A stretch of DNA of 35,903 nucleotides, filler included, from an uncultured Methanosarcinales archaeon (GTDB lineage: Archaea > Nanobdellota > Nanobdellia > Woesearchaeales > CAYVYK01), in NCBI GenBank assembly GCA_964455675.1. It is 5 parts of 5 records of this genome, joined end to end, with 100 filler letters (N's around TTAATTAATTAA, not from the genome) between each part and the next. Parts side by side here need not be neighbours in the genome. Positions count along the whole stretch, not along the records: positions 1 to 13,196 come from CAYVYK010000021.1; 4 more parts are not named here. One strand, given 5' to 3'. This document shows, piece after piece, positions 1 through 8,972 of this stretch. The notes under the pieces were generated by a model. The model was not told the DNA's origin. It was given only the letters and a program-made list of their open reading frames with translations, and did no database searches. The position numbers and the translations under genes are program-made. Every line of letters starts with the position of its first letter. Position 1 is the stretch's first letter.

Positions 1-3000
1 CAGCAGTCCTCCTCTCAATCTTTCGGACAATGCCCTTGTCCGCGTCCACTTCCACATAGTCCCCGTCCTTGAGTACTTGCGTCGCGTTTCCTGTTCCGAT
101 GATGCATGGTTTGTTCATCTCCCGTGAGACTATTGCAGCATGGGAAGTAATCCCTCCTTCGTTTGTCACGAATGCCGCTGCTTTTTCCATGATGGGTACA
201 TAATCTACTGACGTCATTGGCGCGACGAGGATGTCTCCCGGATTCAATTTGGTAAAGTCTTTCTTGCTATGAATGATCTTGACATGTCCGATGACTTTTC
301 CCGTGTTTGCGCTGCTCCCCTTTACCTCAAGAGTGGTCTGCTTTGGTGCTTCGTGTATGAGGTGCATGAACTTCTGGATTTCATTCTGGCTGAGCGGTGT
401 TTGTATTCCGTTCTTTATCTGCATTCCAGCGATTGCGCGGTTCTGAATGAGGGTGCGTGGATACTTCTTTCCTCGGATGACGGTGATCATTTCTTCTGGT
501 GTTAGGTAGAAGCAGTCTCTCCAGTCGGAAAAGTCTGTTTTTTTTGCGATAGCTTGGAATATCGGACGATACTCAAGAGAAATCCTGCTGAACATATTTT
601 TTCGGTATTCATTGAGGTATGTCCCGTTTTGAAGCGCATACGCAAGATTTCGTATCCTTTCATTCATTTGTCTGAGCGCTTTGGAGGCAACCGTTGCGCG
701 CGCTTTGTGGTTCTTCGCTAGTTTTATGATTTCCTGTGCGCAGTCTTTCTTCATCACTTCATTGAGCTGGGCTTCTGCATCCTTCATTGTCCATGGCTCC
801 TCGCAGAAGTTCACTGGGACGTGTTGGTATTTCTGCAGCCATTGTTGTAACTGGTTATATCTTCTCTTGTTTTTTGTCTTCTGAAGCTTTTTGCCGATGT
901 GCAGTAATTCAAGTTGTGACATGAATAATGGGGTGTGCTCCTTGGGATAGGTGATCTGGGCGAGTATTCGAGAGATCTCCTGTTCAGGATGCCCTGCCTT
1001 TCGTAGTTCTTCGGTGAGGAGATGCGCGCCATGCCTGCCGATGACGGATGTGAGGAAGAGGCCTGCTGCAAATCTCTGCATGTGTGAAAAGAAAGTTTGG
1101 ATGTCTTCTGCCTTCATACTTTTTCTCGCGCGGTGGAGTGATGCAAGCGTTTGCTGTGCGAATTTGTAGTACTTAGTCCTGAGGGATCGCACCTTGTGTG
1201 GTGTGGAGACGGTGTTCATGACGGCTTCGTTATACTCTTTCAGATTTTTAGGAGAAGAAAACATGTGGGTGTGAGTCCCATGTTCTGTAACAAAAACTTC
1301 TCCTGTGTGTCCTCGTACTCCGAAATCTTTCGAATTGTGGTAATGGCCTCGTTGAGAGAGGCATTGGTGCCAGAATGACATGTTTCTTGTTATGACATGC
1401 TTCCACTGTTCTTCTGTGATCTTGCGAACGCTTCCTGTGTCAGCATCAACCTCCACATAGTCCCCGTCCTTGAGTACTTGTGTCGCGTTTCCTGTTCCGA
1501 TGATGCACGGCTTGTTCATCTCCCGTGAGACTATTGCAGCATGGGAAGTAATCCCTCCTTCGTTTGTCACGAATGCCGCTGCTTTTTCCATGATTGGGAC
1601 ATAATCTACTGATGTCATTGGCGCGACGAGGATGTCCCCTTCCTTGAACTTGTGGAAATCTTTAGGGCTAAGGATGACCTTGACGTGTCCTCGAGCATTG
1701 CCAGCGCATCCCGTGACTCCTTTGACCTCGCTGCTTTCTTTTGCCGCGTTGTGGAGTGTTTTGATATACGCATGGAGTTGATGTGTTTCATCTTTGGCAA
1801 GTTCTCGCAGTTCTCCATCCTCGATAATGATGCCGTACTCGTGGCGATCAGGTATTGTGACCGGTGTTGAGAGTGCCTTCCCGATCTCTGTTTCTGTCAT
1901 CGCAAGAGCTTTGGTCCAGTCTCCTGTAGCTCGGGCGAGCACTGGACGAACGATGAGGAGCGCTTTGCTCATCACGTTCTTGCGGTATTCATTGAGGTAC
2001 GTTGCTTCCTGGAGCACCCGTGCATAGTGCCGCTCTTCCTTCCCGAGCTGTTTGAGGAGTGTGTCTCTCTTCTTGATGCGTTGGAGGTGGTTTTGTGAGA
2101 GGCGCTTGAGCTCTTGTGCACAGTTTTTTGTGCGCGCATCCGAGAGCTGGCGCAGTGCGTCTTCCATAGTCCAAGAGCTGTCGCAGTAGTTTGCCGGGAT
2201 GTGTCCATACTTGTGCAGCCACTTTGTGAGTTCTTTCTTGGTTTGTGCTTTTGTGCCAATTTTGAGCATGTCTCGATAGGAACAGTACAGCGGTGTGTGG
2301 TCGTCTGGATACGTGATGTCTGCTAGGCAACTCTTTTCTTTGAGCATCTCCTGGAGTTTTCGCGATCCTATGCCTCCAATGACATTTGTGACAAAGAGCG
2401 CGGCCATGTAGATCGTGAGATGATTGCAGAATGCGTTCCACGTCGTGCTGTTTGATTTTTTTGCGCATCGTTCTGCTGCCGAGATGAGTTTTTTACCGTA
2501 CTGCGCGTATAGTGTCCTGAGCTGTTTCATCGAGTTCTTGTTCTCGATGAACTCGATGATGCGTTTCGTGAATTCCTGCACATCATCTTCGCTGTAAAAG
2601 ACGTGGATGATCCTTCCATCGATCACAAGCGAAAGCGGTTTTGGTTTAGCACGCACTCCGAATGTTCGCACATGTTCGTATATTCCCCTGTTGTGCATTC
2701 CAGCTATCCAAAGCGGCATGCCGCGCGACACGAGCAGCTTCCATTTTCTCCCGCGCACGGTGGGAATCTCTTGGATTGTGATCTTCCTAACGATGCCTTC
2801 CACAATATTGAGTTCAACGGTTTCGTTGTCCTTGAGAGAATGCGTTGCGTTTCCCGTCCCAATGATGCATGGCTTGTTCATCTCTCGTGCGACGATTGCG
2901 GCATGGCACGTGACTCCTCCTTCGTCGGTTATGAATCCGAGCGCTTTCCTCATCGCTGGGAGATAGTCCGGGCTTGTCATTGTTGCGACCACAATATCTC

Positions 3001-5086
3001 CAGTATTGACTTTAGTAACGTCTCGTGGTGATAGAAGAACCTTGACATTGCCGCGATATATCGAGTGACTTCCTTTGCACGCCACAATTCCTTTGATATC
3101 CTGATGGTCAGGTAAGTGTATTCTTTTCTTCAGTTTGTCATATTCTTGCGCGCTCATGATGCGCGCTTCGCCCTCTGCCGTGTATGTTCCAAAGTCATGC
3201 TCCATGCGTTCCTTCGCGCGCCTATGGAGATCGGTAGGATTCGCTGCAATTTCTTTTAGCTCCTCGGTGAGTAAGTACTTGAGTTCTTTCTGCGAAAATC
3301 CGTATGTTCTGCCAAGCTTGTCAAGTGCGCAGCCATATCTGTAGAACAGTTGATAATCAAGCTTCTTTCTCTCATCCGTCCAAAGTGTTATGCTTTCGAG
3401 TACTTCTTGATAATAGCGCAATTTCCCGTTCTTTACCCTCGTGATGATATCCTGTTTTTTTTCAAGATTTGATGCTTGTTGCTGTCGAATCCTGTCCAGT
3501 TTTTCTTTGGCGTGGTTCTTTTCGGAATCTATTTGGTTAATGAAGTGCCGCTCGTCCCATACTGTTGGCCCGTCATATCCAAACGGGACAAAATAATAGG
3601 TTTCTGCAAGTTTTTTCGCTGATTTTTTACCCTCAACTTTAATGGCCGCGGTGAGAATCTCAATTTCCATCTGCGTGGCGAATGTGGGTTGCGAGGGCAG
3701 CGAGAGGATGTCAACGTCCTCGTGCGTGATGCCTAGCTTGTGCTGAATCATGGATTTGAGGTGTTCTCCGGCGATGAACCAGGAAAATAGGCTTGCGGCA
3801 TCGTACGCGATGAAGAGTTCCTTAATGTGTGATACTTCAAAGGTGTTTGAGCGAAGATACGCTTCGATTCTGTTCTTGGCGAGTTCCGTCTTTCTTTTGA
3901 TGCGGAAAAAATATGCCTTGTCGTCAATGATTCGTTGTGCGATTGCCTTTCCGATCTGTTCCCATTCTTTCTTTGGCATGAGGCTTCTCATCCGCCCTTG
4001 AGCATACGTATTGTACTGATGGGACAGTGTGTATCCATAGATTTTCTTGGTTTCGTTGCTTGTCTGTACTACTGCGTTCCAGTACACTGGCGTGAGCATG
4101 CATTCCCGATCGCGCATGATGAGGAGTTCATCGTCCTGGGGTTTTTTCTCTTGGGTATTAAGTGTCGTTATCGGCCTGCTCTGCACGATGTAAAATTTCC
4201 TCTTCTCAAGCGCCCATTCGATGTCCACAGGGAATCTGTAATGGTTCTCGATCCGCACAATGATCCGGGATAGCTCCTTGATCTGTTCATCGCTTAGTTT
4301 CTGCCCCTTTCCAGCAACCGCTTGCCATGCATTTCCCGTTGCGCTTCTATAGAGTCCTTTCTCTTGCGCGCTCACGCTTTTACTTTCAATCGCAAGGTTG
4401 TCCTTCTGTACCACATAACTGTCCGGCGTGATTTGCCCAGATACAACCGCTTCCCCAAGTCCCAGGCCAGCCTCAATAATTAATTGATTCCTGTCTTGCG
4501 TCACGGGATGCACAGAAAATGCGATTCCGGCAACCTCGCTCTTAACCATTTTTTGGACGACGACCGCAACAGCGATCCTGTCCTTATGGAGTTTTTTCTC
4601 AAATCTGTAGAATATCGCTCGTGGCGAGTAGAGGGACGCCCAGCACTTTTTCACGTTCTCCAAGAGTTCCCGAGATGTCGTGTTCAAATAGCTTTCGAGC
4701 TGTCCTGCCCATGCTGCTGCCATGCTGTCTTCTGCTGTCGCGCTTGAGCGCACCGCGACGTATGAGCATCCAAGTTCCGTGAATGCTCTCATGATCTCAT
4801 GCGCGATGTTTTGCGGTATTTTCTGCGTGAGAATGAGTCCCTTGATCTTTTCGGATGCGTGCTCGATCGTGTGCATTTCCTTGATGTTCACTCCATCAAG
4901 GATTGCGTCAACTTCTGTTTGCATCCCTGTATCGCTGAGGAATTTTTCGAAGGCTTGGGAAACGATGACATATCCTGGTGGCACGGGAAATCCATTCTTT
5001 GTCATTTCCCCTAGTGACGCTCCCTTTCCCCCAGCTGCGTGGACGTCCTCCTTACATAGCTCCCTAAACAGCCGTACATACTCCAT
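1..5086 (-). CDS. Giant PEP synthase/rifampin-phosphotransferase-like protein: N-terminal PEP/pyruvate-binding ATP-grasp domain plus three tandem [variable domain + phospho-His swivel domain] modules; runs off the window at its 3' end (>=1695 aa)
   Basis: Manual translation from ATG 5086 gives MEYVRLFRELCKEDVHAAGGKGASLGEMTKNGFPVPPGY...VAVRSSATAEDSMAAAWAGQLESYLN...IEWALEKRKFYIVQSRPITTL (PPDK_N, ending ~4160). His motifs are TDEGGVTCHAAIVAREMNKPCIIG (His codon 2903-2905) and TNEGGITSHAAIVSREMNKPCIIG (1541-1543 and 140-142), all in the start frame. The domain junctions read open and the ORF track lists nothing in this frame, consistent with no stop before the window edge. TATA-like TTAAATA lies at ~5109-5115. 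Confidence 0.9.
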   Translation of the reverse strand, partial: MEYVRLFRELCKEDVHAAGGKGASLGEMTKNGFPVPPGYVIVSQAFEKFLSDTGMQTEVDAILDGVNIKEMHTIEHASEKIKGLILTQKIPQNIAHEIMRAFTELGCSYVAVRSSATAEDSMAAAWAGQLESYLNTTSRELLENVKKCWASLYSPRAIFYRFEKKLHKDRIAVAVVVQKMVKSEVAGIAFSVHPVTQDRNQLIIEAGLGLGEAVVSGQITPDSYVVQKDNLAIESKSVSAQEKGLYRSATGNAWQAVAGKGQKLSDEQIKELSRIIVRIENHYRFPVDIEWALEKRKFYIVQSRPITTLNTQEKKPQDDELLIMRDRECMLTPVYWNAVVQTSNETKKIYGYTLSHQYNTYAQGRMRSLMPKKEWEQIGKAIAQRIIDDKAYFFRIKRKTELAKNRIEAYLRSNTFEVSHIKELFIAYDAASLFSWFIAGEHLKSMIQHKLGITHEDVDILSLPSQPTFATQMEIEILTAAIKVEGKKSAKKLAETYYFVPFGYDGPTVWDERHFINQIDSEKNHAKEKLDRIRQQQASNLEKKQDIITRVKNGKLRYYQEVLESITLWTDERKKLDYQLFYRYGCALDKLGRTYGFSQKELKYLLTEELKEIAANPTDLHRRAKERMEHDFGTYTAEGEARIMSAQEYDKLKKRIHLPDHQDIKGIVACKGSHSIYRGNVKVLLSPRDVTKVNTGDIVVATMTSPDYLPAMRKALGFITDEGGVTCHAAIVAREMNKPCIIGTGNATHSLKDNETVELNIVEGIVRKITIQEIPTVRGRKWKLLVSRGMPLWIAGMHNRGIYEHVRTFGVRAKPKPLSLVIDGRIIHVFYSEDDVQEFTKRIIEFIENKNSMKQLRTLYAQYGKKLISAAERCAKKSNSTTWNAFCNHLTIYMAALFVTNVIGGIGSRKLQEMLKEKSCLADITYPDDHTPLYCSYRDMLKIGTKAQTKKELTKWLHKYGHIPANYCDSSWTMEDALRQLSDARTKNCAQELKRLSQNHLQRIKKRDTLLKQLGKEERHYARVLQEATYLNEYRKNVMSKALLIVRPVLARATGDWTKALAMTETEIGKALSTPVTIPDRHEYGIIIEDGELRELAKDETHQLHAYIKTLHNAAKESSEVKGVTGCAGNARGHVKVILSPKDFHKFKEGDILVAPMTSVDYVPIMEKAAAFVTNEGGITSHAAIVSREMNKPCIIGTGNATQVLKDGDYVEVDADTGSVRKITEEQWKHVITRNMSFWHQCLSQRGHYHNSKDFGVRGHTGEVFVTEHGTHTHMFSSPKNLKEYNEAVMNTVSTPHKVRSLRTKYYKFAQQTLASLHRARKSMKAEDIQTFFSHMQRFAAGLFLTSVIGRHGAHLLTEELRKAGHPEQEISRILAQITYPKEHTPLFMSQLELLHIGKKLQKTKNKRRYNQLQQWLQKYQHVPVNFCEEPWTMKDAEAQLNEVMKKDCAQEIIKLAKNHKARATVASKALRQMNERIRNLAYALQNGTYLNEYRKNMFSRISLEYRPIFQAIAKKTDFSDWRDCFYLTPEEMITVIRGKKYPRTLIQNRAIAGMQIKNGIQTPLSQNEIQKFMHLIHEAPKQTTLEVKGSSANTGKVIGHVKIIHSKKDFTKLNPGDILVAPMTSVDYVPIMEKAAAFVTNEGGITSHAAIVSREMNKPCIIGTGNATQVLKDGDYVEVDADKGIVRKIERRTA
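51..235. repeat. 185-bp direct repeat, copy A (His domain of module 3)
   Basis: Matches 1452-1636 at an offset of 1401 bp with 6 mismatches by eye. Confidence 0.95.
1452..1636. repeat. 185-bp direct repeat, copy B (His domain of module 2)
   Basis: Matches 51-235 with 6 mismatches, all at synonymous positions of the minus-strand ORF. Confidence 0.95.
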
Positions 5087-5174
5087 ACACTTGATTTGGG
5101 AGTAGACCTATTTAATCTTAACTCGATGCATTAAAAAAGACTGGTGTATTCTCCCCCTCTGTGGAGGGGATGGT

Positions 5175-5693
5175 ATGATTGATGACTTCATTGATACACC
5201 ATTTGCAGGTATTGTGAAATCCAACACGGGCTGTGCGCTGATTCTCGCGGGTTCGGACAGTGACCTGCCTCATATTGAGAAGATAGCTAAGGCGTTGACT
5301 GAGTATGCCGTACCATATCGTGTGCGGATCATGTCCGCGCACAAGCAGCCAGATCAGGTTATGGGCTTGGTGAAAGAACTAAACGATCTTGGTGGTTCGT
5401 TGACGTATATTGCCGTTGCTGGTGGCACTGACGCGCTTTCAGGTATGGTATCCTTCCATGCGGTTAACCCTGTTGTTTCTTGTCCTCCCGACGGTATGAA
5501 CGCGAGCTGCCTGACCAATCCTCCGGGAAGCTCCTGTTCGTACATCATGAGGCCAGATAATGTTGCTCGTCATGTGGCCCAGACCTACGCTGGTGTGAAT
5601 GCCAAGTTTAGAGATCGGTTGTATGCTCATATGATTGCCAAGGTTGACGCTTTGACCGAGGCTAACGAGAAGGCTACCTCGATGGGTAGGTAA
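5175..5693 (+). CDS. purE: AIR carboxylase / PurE family protein (class II-like)
   Basis: Motifs AGSDSDLPH, MSAHK, IAVAGGTDALSG and PVVSCPP; GGAGGGG ribosome-binding site upstream. Confidence 0.85.
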   Translation: MIDDFIDTPFAGIVKSNTGCALILAGSDSDLPHIEKIAKALTEYAVPYRVRIMSAHKQPDQVMGLVKELNDLGGSLTYIAVAGGTDALSGMVSFHAVNPVVSCPPDGMNASCLTNPPGSSCSYIMRPDNVARHVAQTYAGVNAKFRDRLYAHMIAKVDALTEANEKATSMGR

Positions 5694-5735
5694 TGTTTGA
5701 AAAGTTTTATTAAGGCAGTATCTAGCTATTCGTGC

Positions 5736-6392
5736 ATGAAGCCGAGAAAGCTCTCTGGTGTCATCTTTGACTTTGATGGTGTCATCACAAATGACGAGCC
5801 CTTGCGCTTCAAGGCTATTCAGAAGGTCTGTAAGGCGCACGGCTTCAAGCTCGCGCCAAAGGATTACAGACTCATGCTTGGCGAGAAGACGATCTTTTTC
5901 CTCCGCCAGAAGTTTCCGAGTGCTGATCGCGAGCTTCTTGACCGCATGGATCGCGAGAGGCGGAACCTTCAGCGTCGCGATCTCGCGAAGTCCGTCAAGG
6001 AAATCCCAGGTATTCGTCCGCTCCTTAGCGAGTTGCGTCGTCGGGATCTCAAGGTAACGATCGCGACTGGCAGTCATCGTGACATTGTCTACGCAATATT
6101 GCGTAAGCTCAGGCTTGACCAGTACTTCCATAACATCGTGACAAGTATCAAATACTCAAAGCCCCATCCCTGGTGTTATCGCGAAGCATTGCGATCGATT
6201 GGTACTCCAAGGGATGAAACGATCGTGATCGAGGATGCCGCTGCCGGCATTCTTTCGGCGAGGAGAGCTGGCATCTACGCGATTGGTATCACAACCACCA
6301 CATCAGTTTCAGCGTTAAAGAAAGCTGGCGCAGGTATGACATTCCACGGCCATAACGAAATCCTCGCCTGGATGAAGAAAAATTATTTCTAG
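5736..6392 (+). CDS. HAD-superfamily phosphatase (beta-phosphoglucomutase-like, subfamily IA)
   Basis: Motifs FDFDGV, ATGS, KPHP and IEDA. Start moved to ATG 5736, which lies ~25 nt after TATA-like TTTTATTAA. Confidence 0.88.
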   Translation: MKPRKLSGVIFDFDGVITNDEPLRFKAIQKVCKAHGFKLAPKDYRLMLGEKTIFFLRQKFPSADRELLDRMDRERRNLQRRDLAKSVKEIPGIRPLLSELRRRDLKVTIATGSHRDIVYAILRKLRLDQYFHNIVTSIKYSKPHPWCYREALRSIGTPRDETIVIEDAAAGILSARRAGIYAIGITTTTSVSALKKAGAGMTFHGHNEILAWMKKNYF

Positions 6393-6460
6393 CGAATACA
6401 GCAAGATACAAGCCATCCAACACGTTTCGTTACCTCATGGAACTTAAGAACACACCGACA

Positions 6461-6569
6461 AACATTGCCTCCTTGGCCCGCAAGGGCGCAATAATTTCTT
6501 TTCAAAGTCTTTGCCGAGAGACTTCACATCCGAACATTGTCTCCTTGGCCCGCAAGGGCGCGATGATTT
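6461..6569 (+). repeat. Two 37-bp direct repeats (6461-6497, 6533-6569), each with a GCCC-GCAA-GGGC hairpin
   Basis: AACATTGCCTCCTTGGCCCGCAAGGGCGCAATAATTT versus AACATTGTCTCCTTGGCCCGCAAGGGCGCGATGATTT, separated by 35 bp, in an intergenic region between convergent genes. Confidence 0.85.
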
Positions 6570-6710
6570 TTAATTCCAGTGTCAAAATCATCTCCTAAGC
6601 AAGTCAGTGTAACCTTCACCAATAATCATAGAATGCTGTTTCCACTGTCCGCAGCGATGCGTGCAATCTCAATAGAGCATTGACTACTATCATCAAACGA
6701 TTAAAGAGAA

Positions 6711-6980
6711 TTAAAGAACATTCCTAATCTTTTCAATGTGCTCCGCGACTTCGTTTCCTTTCTTCGTAAGCGTGAGCAATTTCAGCCTGCCTTTTTTATC
6801 AAACGTTAAAAGGTTAGCTTTCTCCATTTCCTGTAATATCTTGACAACATGAGAATACGTGCAGTCGATTTGTTTTGCAAGTGATGATGCGTACACTTCT
6901 GATTTTGCGTTCCGCAAATTCACAAGCATCATTGCTGGCTTTTCCCGAAAAAAGATGTTAAATACCTTCTCGTCTGGCAC
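6711..6980 (-). CDS. Winged-helix (MarR-like) DNA-binding protein
   Basis: YASSLAKQIDCTYSHVVKILQEMEKANLLTFDKKGRLKLLTLTKKG is a wHTH pattern. GTG 6980 after GAGGGGG is the likely start; the ORF track starts at 7019. Confidence 0.82.
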   Translation of the reverse strand: MPDEKVFNIFFREKPAMMLVNLRNAKSEVYASSLAKQIDCTYSHVVKILQEMEKANLLTFDKKGRLKLLTLTKKGNEVAEHIEKIRNVL

Positions 6981-7110
6981 ATTTCCCCCTCTTATCACTT
7001 TTGAATGACTATATGCCATTCAATCATATATGTTTTGAACTATAGTTATTAATGGGCATAGGTATATAAATGTTTTTATTTTTTCTATTTTGACGACGGT
7101 AGATTTCTTT

Positions 7111-8964
7111 ATGGCAACAATCCTCTTTCCGCATAGTACCATTCGTCCCATTCAGCAGGACATGGTTGATCTAGTACAAACTGCGCTCAAACAAAAAAAG
7201 CACGCGCTCATCCATGCACCAACTGGTATTGGAAAGACAGCCGCAATTCTGGGTCCCGTGATGACGCATGCGCTTGAAAACGGCTTGAACGTCTTCTATC
7301 TTACGTCAAGGCACACTCAGCACAAGATTGTGATTGATACAATCAAGAAGATCCGCGCGAAAGCTGATAAGCCGGTTATTGTGGCTGACATGATTGGCAA
7401 GCGCTGGATGTGTTTGCAGGGCGGCCTGACAGTGATGAAGAACGTTGATTTTGGTCCGTTCTGCAAATCCCTGGTTGAGGATCAGAAATGCGAATTTTAT
7501 CTGAACGCGAGGAATAAGAATCAGCCTTCGCCAAGGGTGCTTGGATTTATCGAGGAGGTTTCCTCCTCCGGCATCCAGACTGTTGGTGAGGTTATGGAGT
7601 TCTGCAAAGCTCATGAGCTTTGTCCGTATGAAGTGAGCTTGTTTCTCGCGGAGCGTGCGAATGTTATTGTTGGCGATTATTCCTACATCTTTAATCCCCA
7701 TATCAGGGAGATTTTTCTCACGCGTGCGCATAAAGAGCTCTCGAAGAGTATCGTAATCGTCGATGAAGGCCACAATCTTCCAGGAAGGCTCCGCGAGCTC
7801 TTAAGCGAGGGCCTCAGCATGATCACGATCAATAAGGCGATTAAGGAGGCTCAGGAAATTGGTTCAGACGGTCTGGCAAAATTCCTCATGCGGGTCCTTG
7901 ATGTGATGGAGGAGCTCGGTGATGATCTTTCTATTGAAGAGGAGCGTTTCATTACGAGGGAAGAATTCACGAGTAAGGTGAATGGCGATTACGACGTGAT
8001 GGTCGAGGAGCTCTATAAGCTTTCGGTCGCAGTGATGGAAGCCAAGCGTACAAGTTTTGCCGCGCAGGTCGCTGGATTCATGGAGTCCTGGAAGGGTGAT
8101 GACGAGGGGTACGCTCGCATCCTCACAAAAAAGCAGGTGCATGGCCACACGATCGTGAACATTCGCTACCGCTGCCTTGATCCCGCGTTGGCAAGCAAGT
8201 CCGTGATTGAGCATTCTCCGAATGTTTTTTTGATGAGTGGAACCCTCTCTCCACTTGAGATGTACCGTGACCTCCTGGGATTCGGTGAGGATACCGTGCT
8301 TGGGGAATTCGCAAGTCCCTTCCCTAAGGAGAATAAGCTTCACTTGGTTATCACGCAGACAACGACGCAGTACAAGAAGCGTGATAGTGCGCAGTATGAG
8401 AATATTGCTCGTGTTTGTACAGAGATTGTGAATCTTGTGCCTGGTAATGTCGGGATTTTTTTCCCTAGCTATCAGATTATGAATGACGTCGGAAGGCTTG
8501 TGAAGAAAAAAGTGGAAAAAACCGTGTTTGAGGAAAAGCAGGGTTTGCAGAAGCACGAGAAGGAGGACCTTCTCGAGCGATTTTCATCCTACTCGACCGC
8601 CCTCCTCCTTGGCGTGAGCAGCGCAAGCTTTGCGGAAGGCATTGACCTTCCCGGTGTATTCAAGGCGATCATCGTCGTCGGGATTCCCTTGCAGGTTCCT
8701 GATCTTGAGACAAAGGAGCTCATCAAGTATTACGATGCGAGATTTGAGAGGGGCCGTGAGTATGGCTACATTTGGCCTGCGTTCACGCGGACCATTCAGA
8801 GCGCTGGCCGTTGCATCAGAAGCGAGGATGACCGCGGCATTCTGGTCTTCCTTGACGAGCGTTACGGCTGGCCTTCGTACATCAAGTGCTTTCCTGCTGA
8901 TTGGGATTTGAAGATTTCCAGGAACTACAAGGAGGAAGTAGGGAATTTTTTTAAGAATGGATGA
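7111..8964 (+). CDS. xpd: XPD/Rad3/DinG-family ATP-dependent DNA helicase with Fe-S domain
   Basis: Q-motif RPIQ, Walker A APTGIGKT, four Fe-S Cys (WMC, PFC, KCEF, LCPY), DEGHNL, SGTL, EGID and QSAGRCIR. TATA GTATATAAA lies at ~7062-7070. Confidence 0.93.
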   Translation: MATILFPHSTIRPIQQDMVDLVQTALKQKKHALIHAPTGIGKTAAILGPVMTHALENGLNVFYLTSRHTQHKIVIDTIKKIRAKADKPVIVADMIGKRWMCLQGGLTVMKNVDFGPFCKSLVEDQKCEFYLNARNKNQPSPRVLGFIEEVSSSGIQTVGEVMEFCKAHELCPYEVSLFLAERANVIVGDYSYIFNPHIREIFLTRAHKELSKSIVIVDEGHNLPGRLRELLSEGLSMITINKAIKEAQEIGSDGLAKFLMRVLDVMEELGDDLSIEEERFITREEFTSKVNGDYDVMVEELYKLSVAVMEAKRTSFAAQVAGFMESWKGDDEGYARILTKKQVHGHTIVNIRYRCLDPALASKSVIEHSPNVFLMSGTLSPLEMYRDLLGFGEDTVLGEFASPFPKENKLHLVITQTTTQYKKRDSAQYENIARVCTEIVNLVPGNVGIFFPSYQIMNDVGRLVKKKVEKTVFEEKQGLQKHEKEDLLERFSSYSTALLLGVSSASFAEGIDLPGVFKAIIVVGIPLQVPDLETKELIKYYDARFERGREYGYIWPAFTRTIQSAGRCIRSEDDRGILVFLDERYGWPSYIKCFPADWDLKISRNYKEEVGNFFKNG

Positions 8965-8972
8965 GTCAACGT

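Noticed and set aside
1..5086. Annotation as canonical ppsA
   Set aside because: The domain order differs, with ~350-aa inserts before each His domain and no PEP-binding barrel visible, so no gene symbol is assigned.
269..5105. Many short ORFs on both strands in the track over 269-5105
   Set aside because: They are shadows of the single long minus-strand ORF (1-5086) and have no recognisable motifs.
5439..6131. 230-aa minus-strand ORF
   Set aside because: Antisense to the well-supported purE and HAD genes.
6461..6569. CRISPR array
   Set aside because: Only two imperfect repeats, a self-structured spacer and no cas genes in the window; kept as a structured repeat.
7306..8556. 155-aa and 230-aa minus-strand ORFs
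   Set aside because: Antisense shadows of the XPD helicase.
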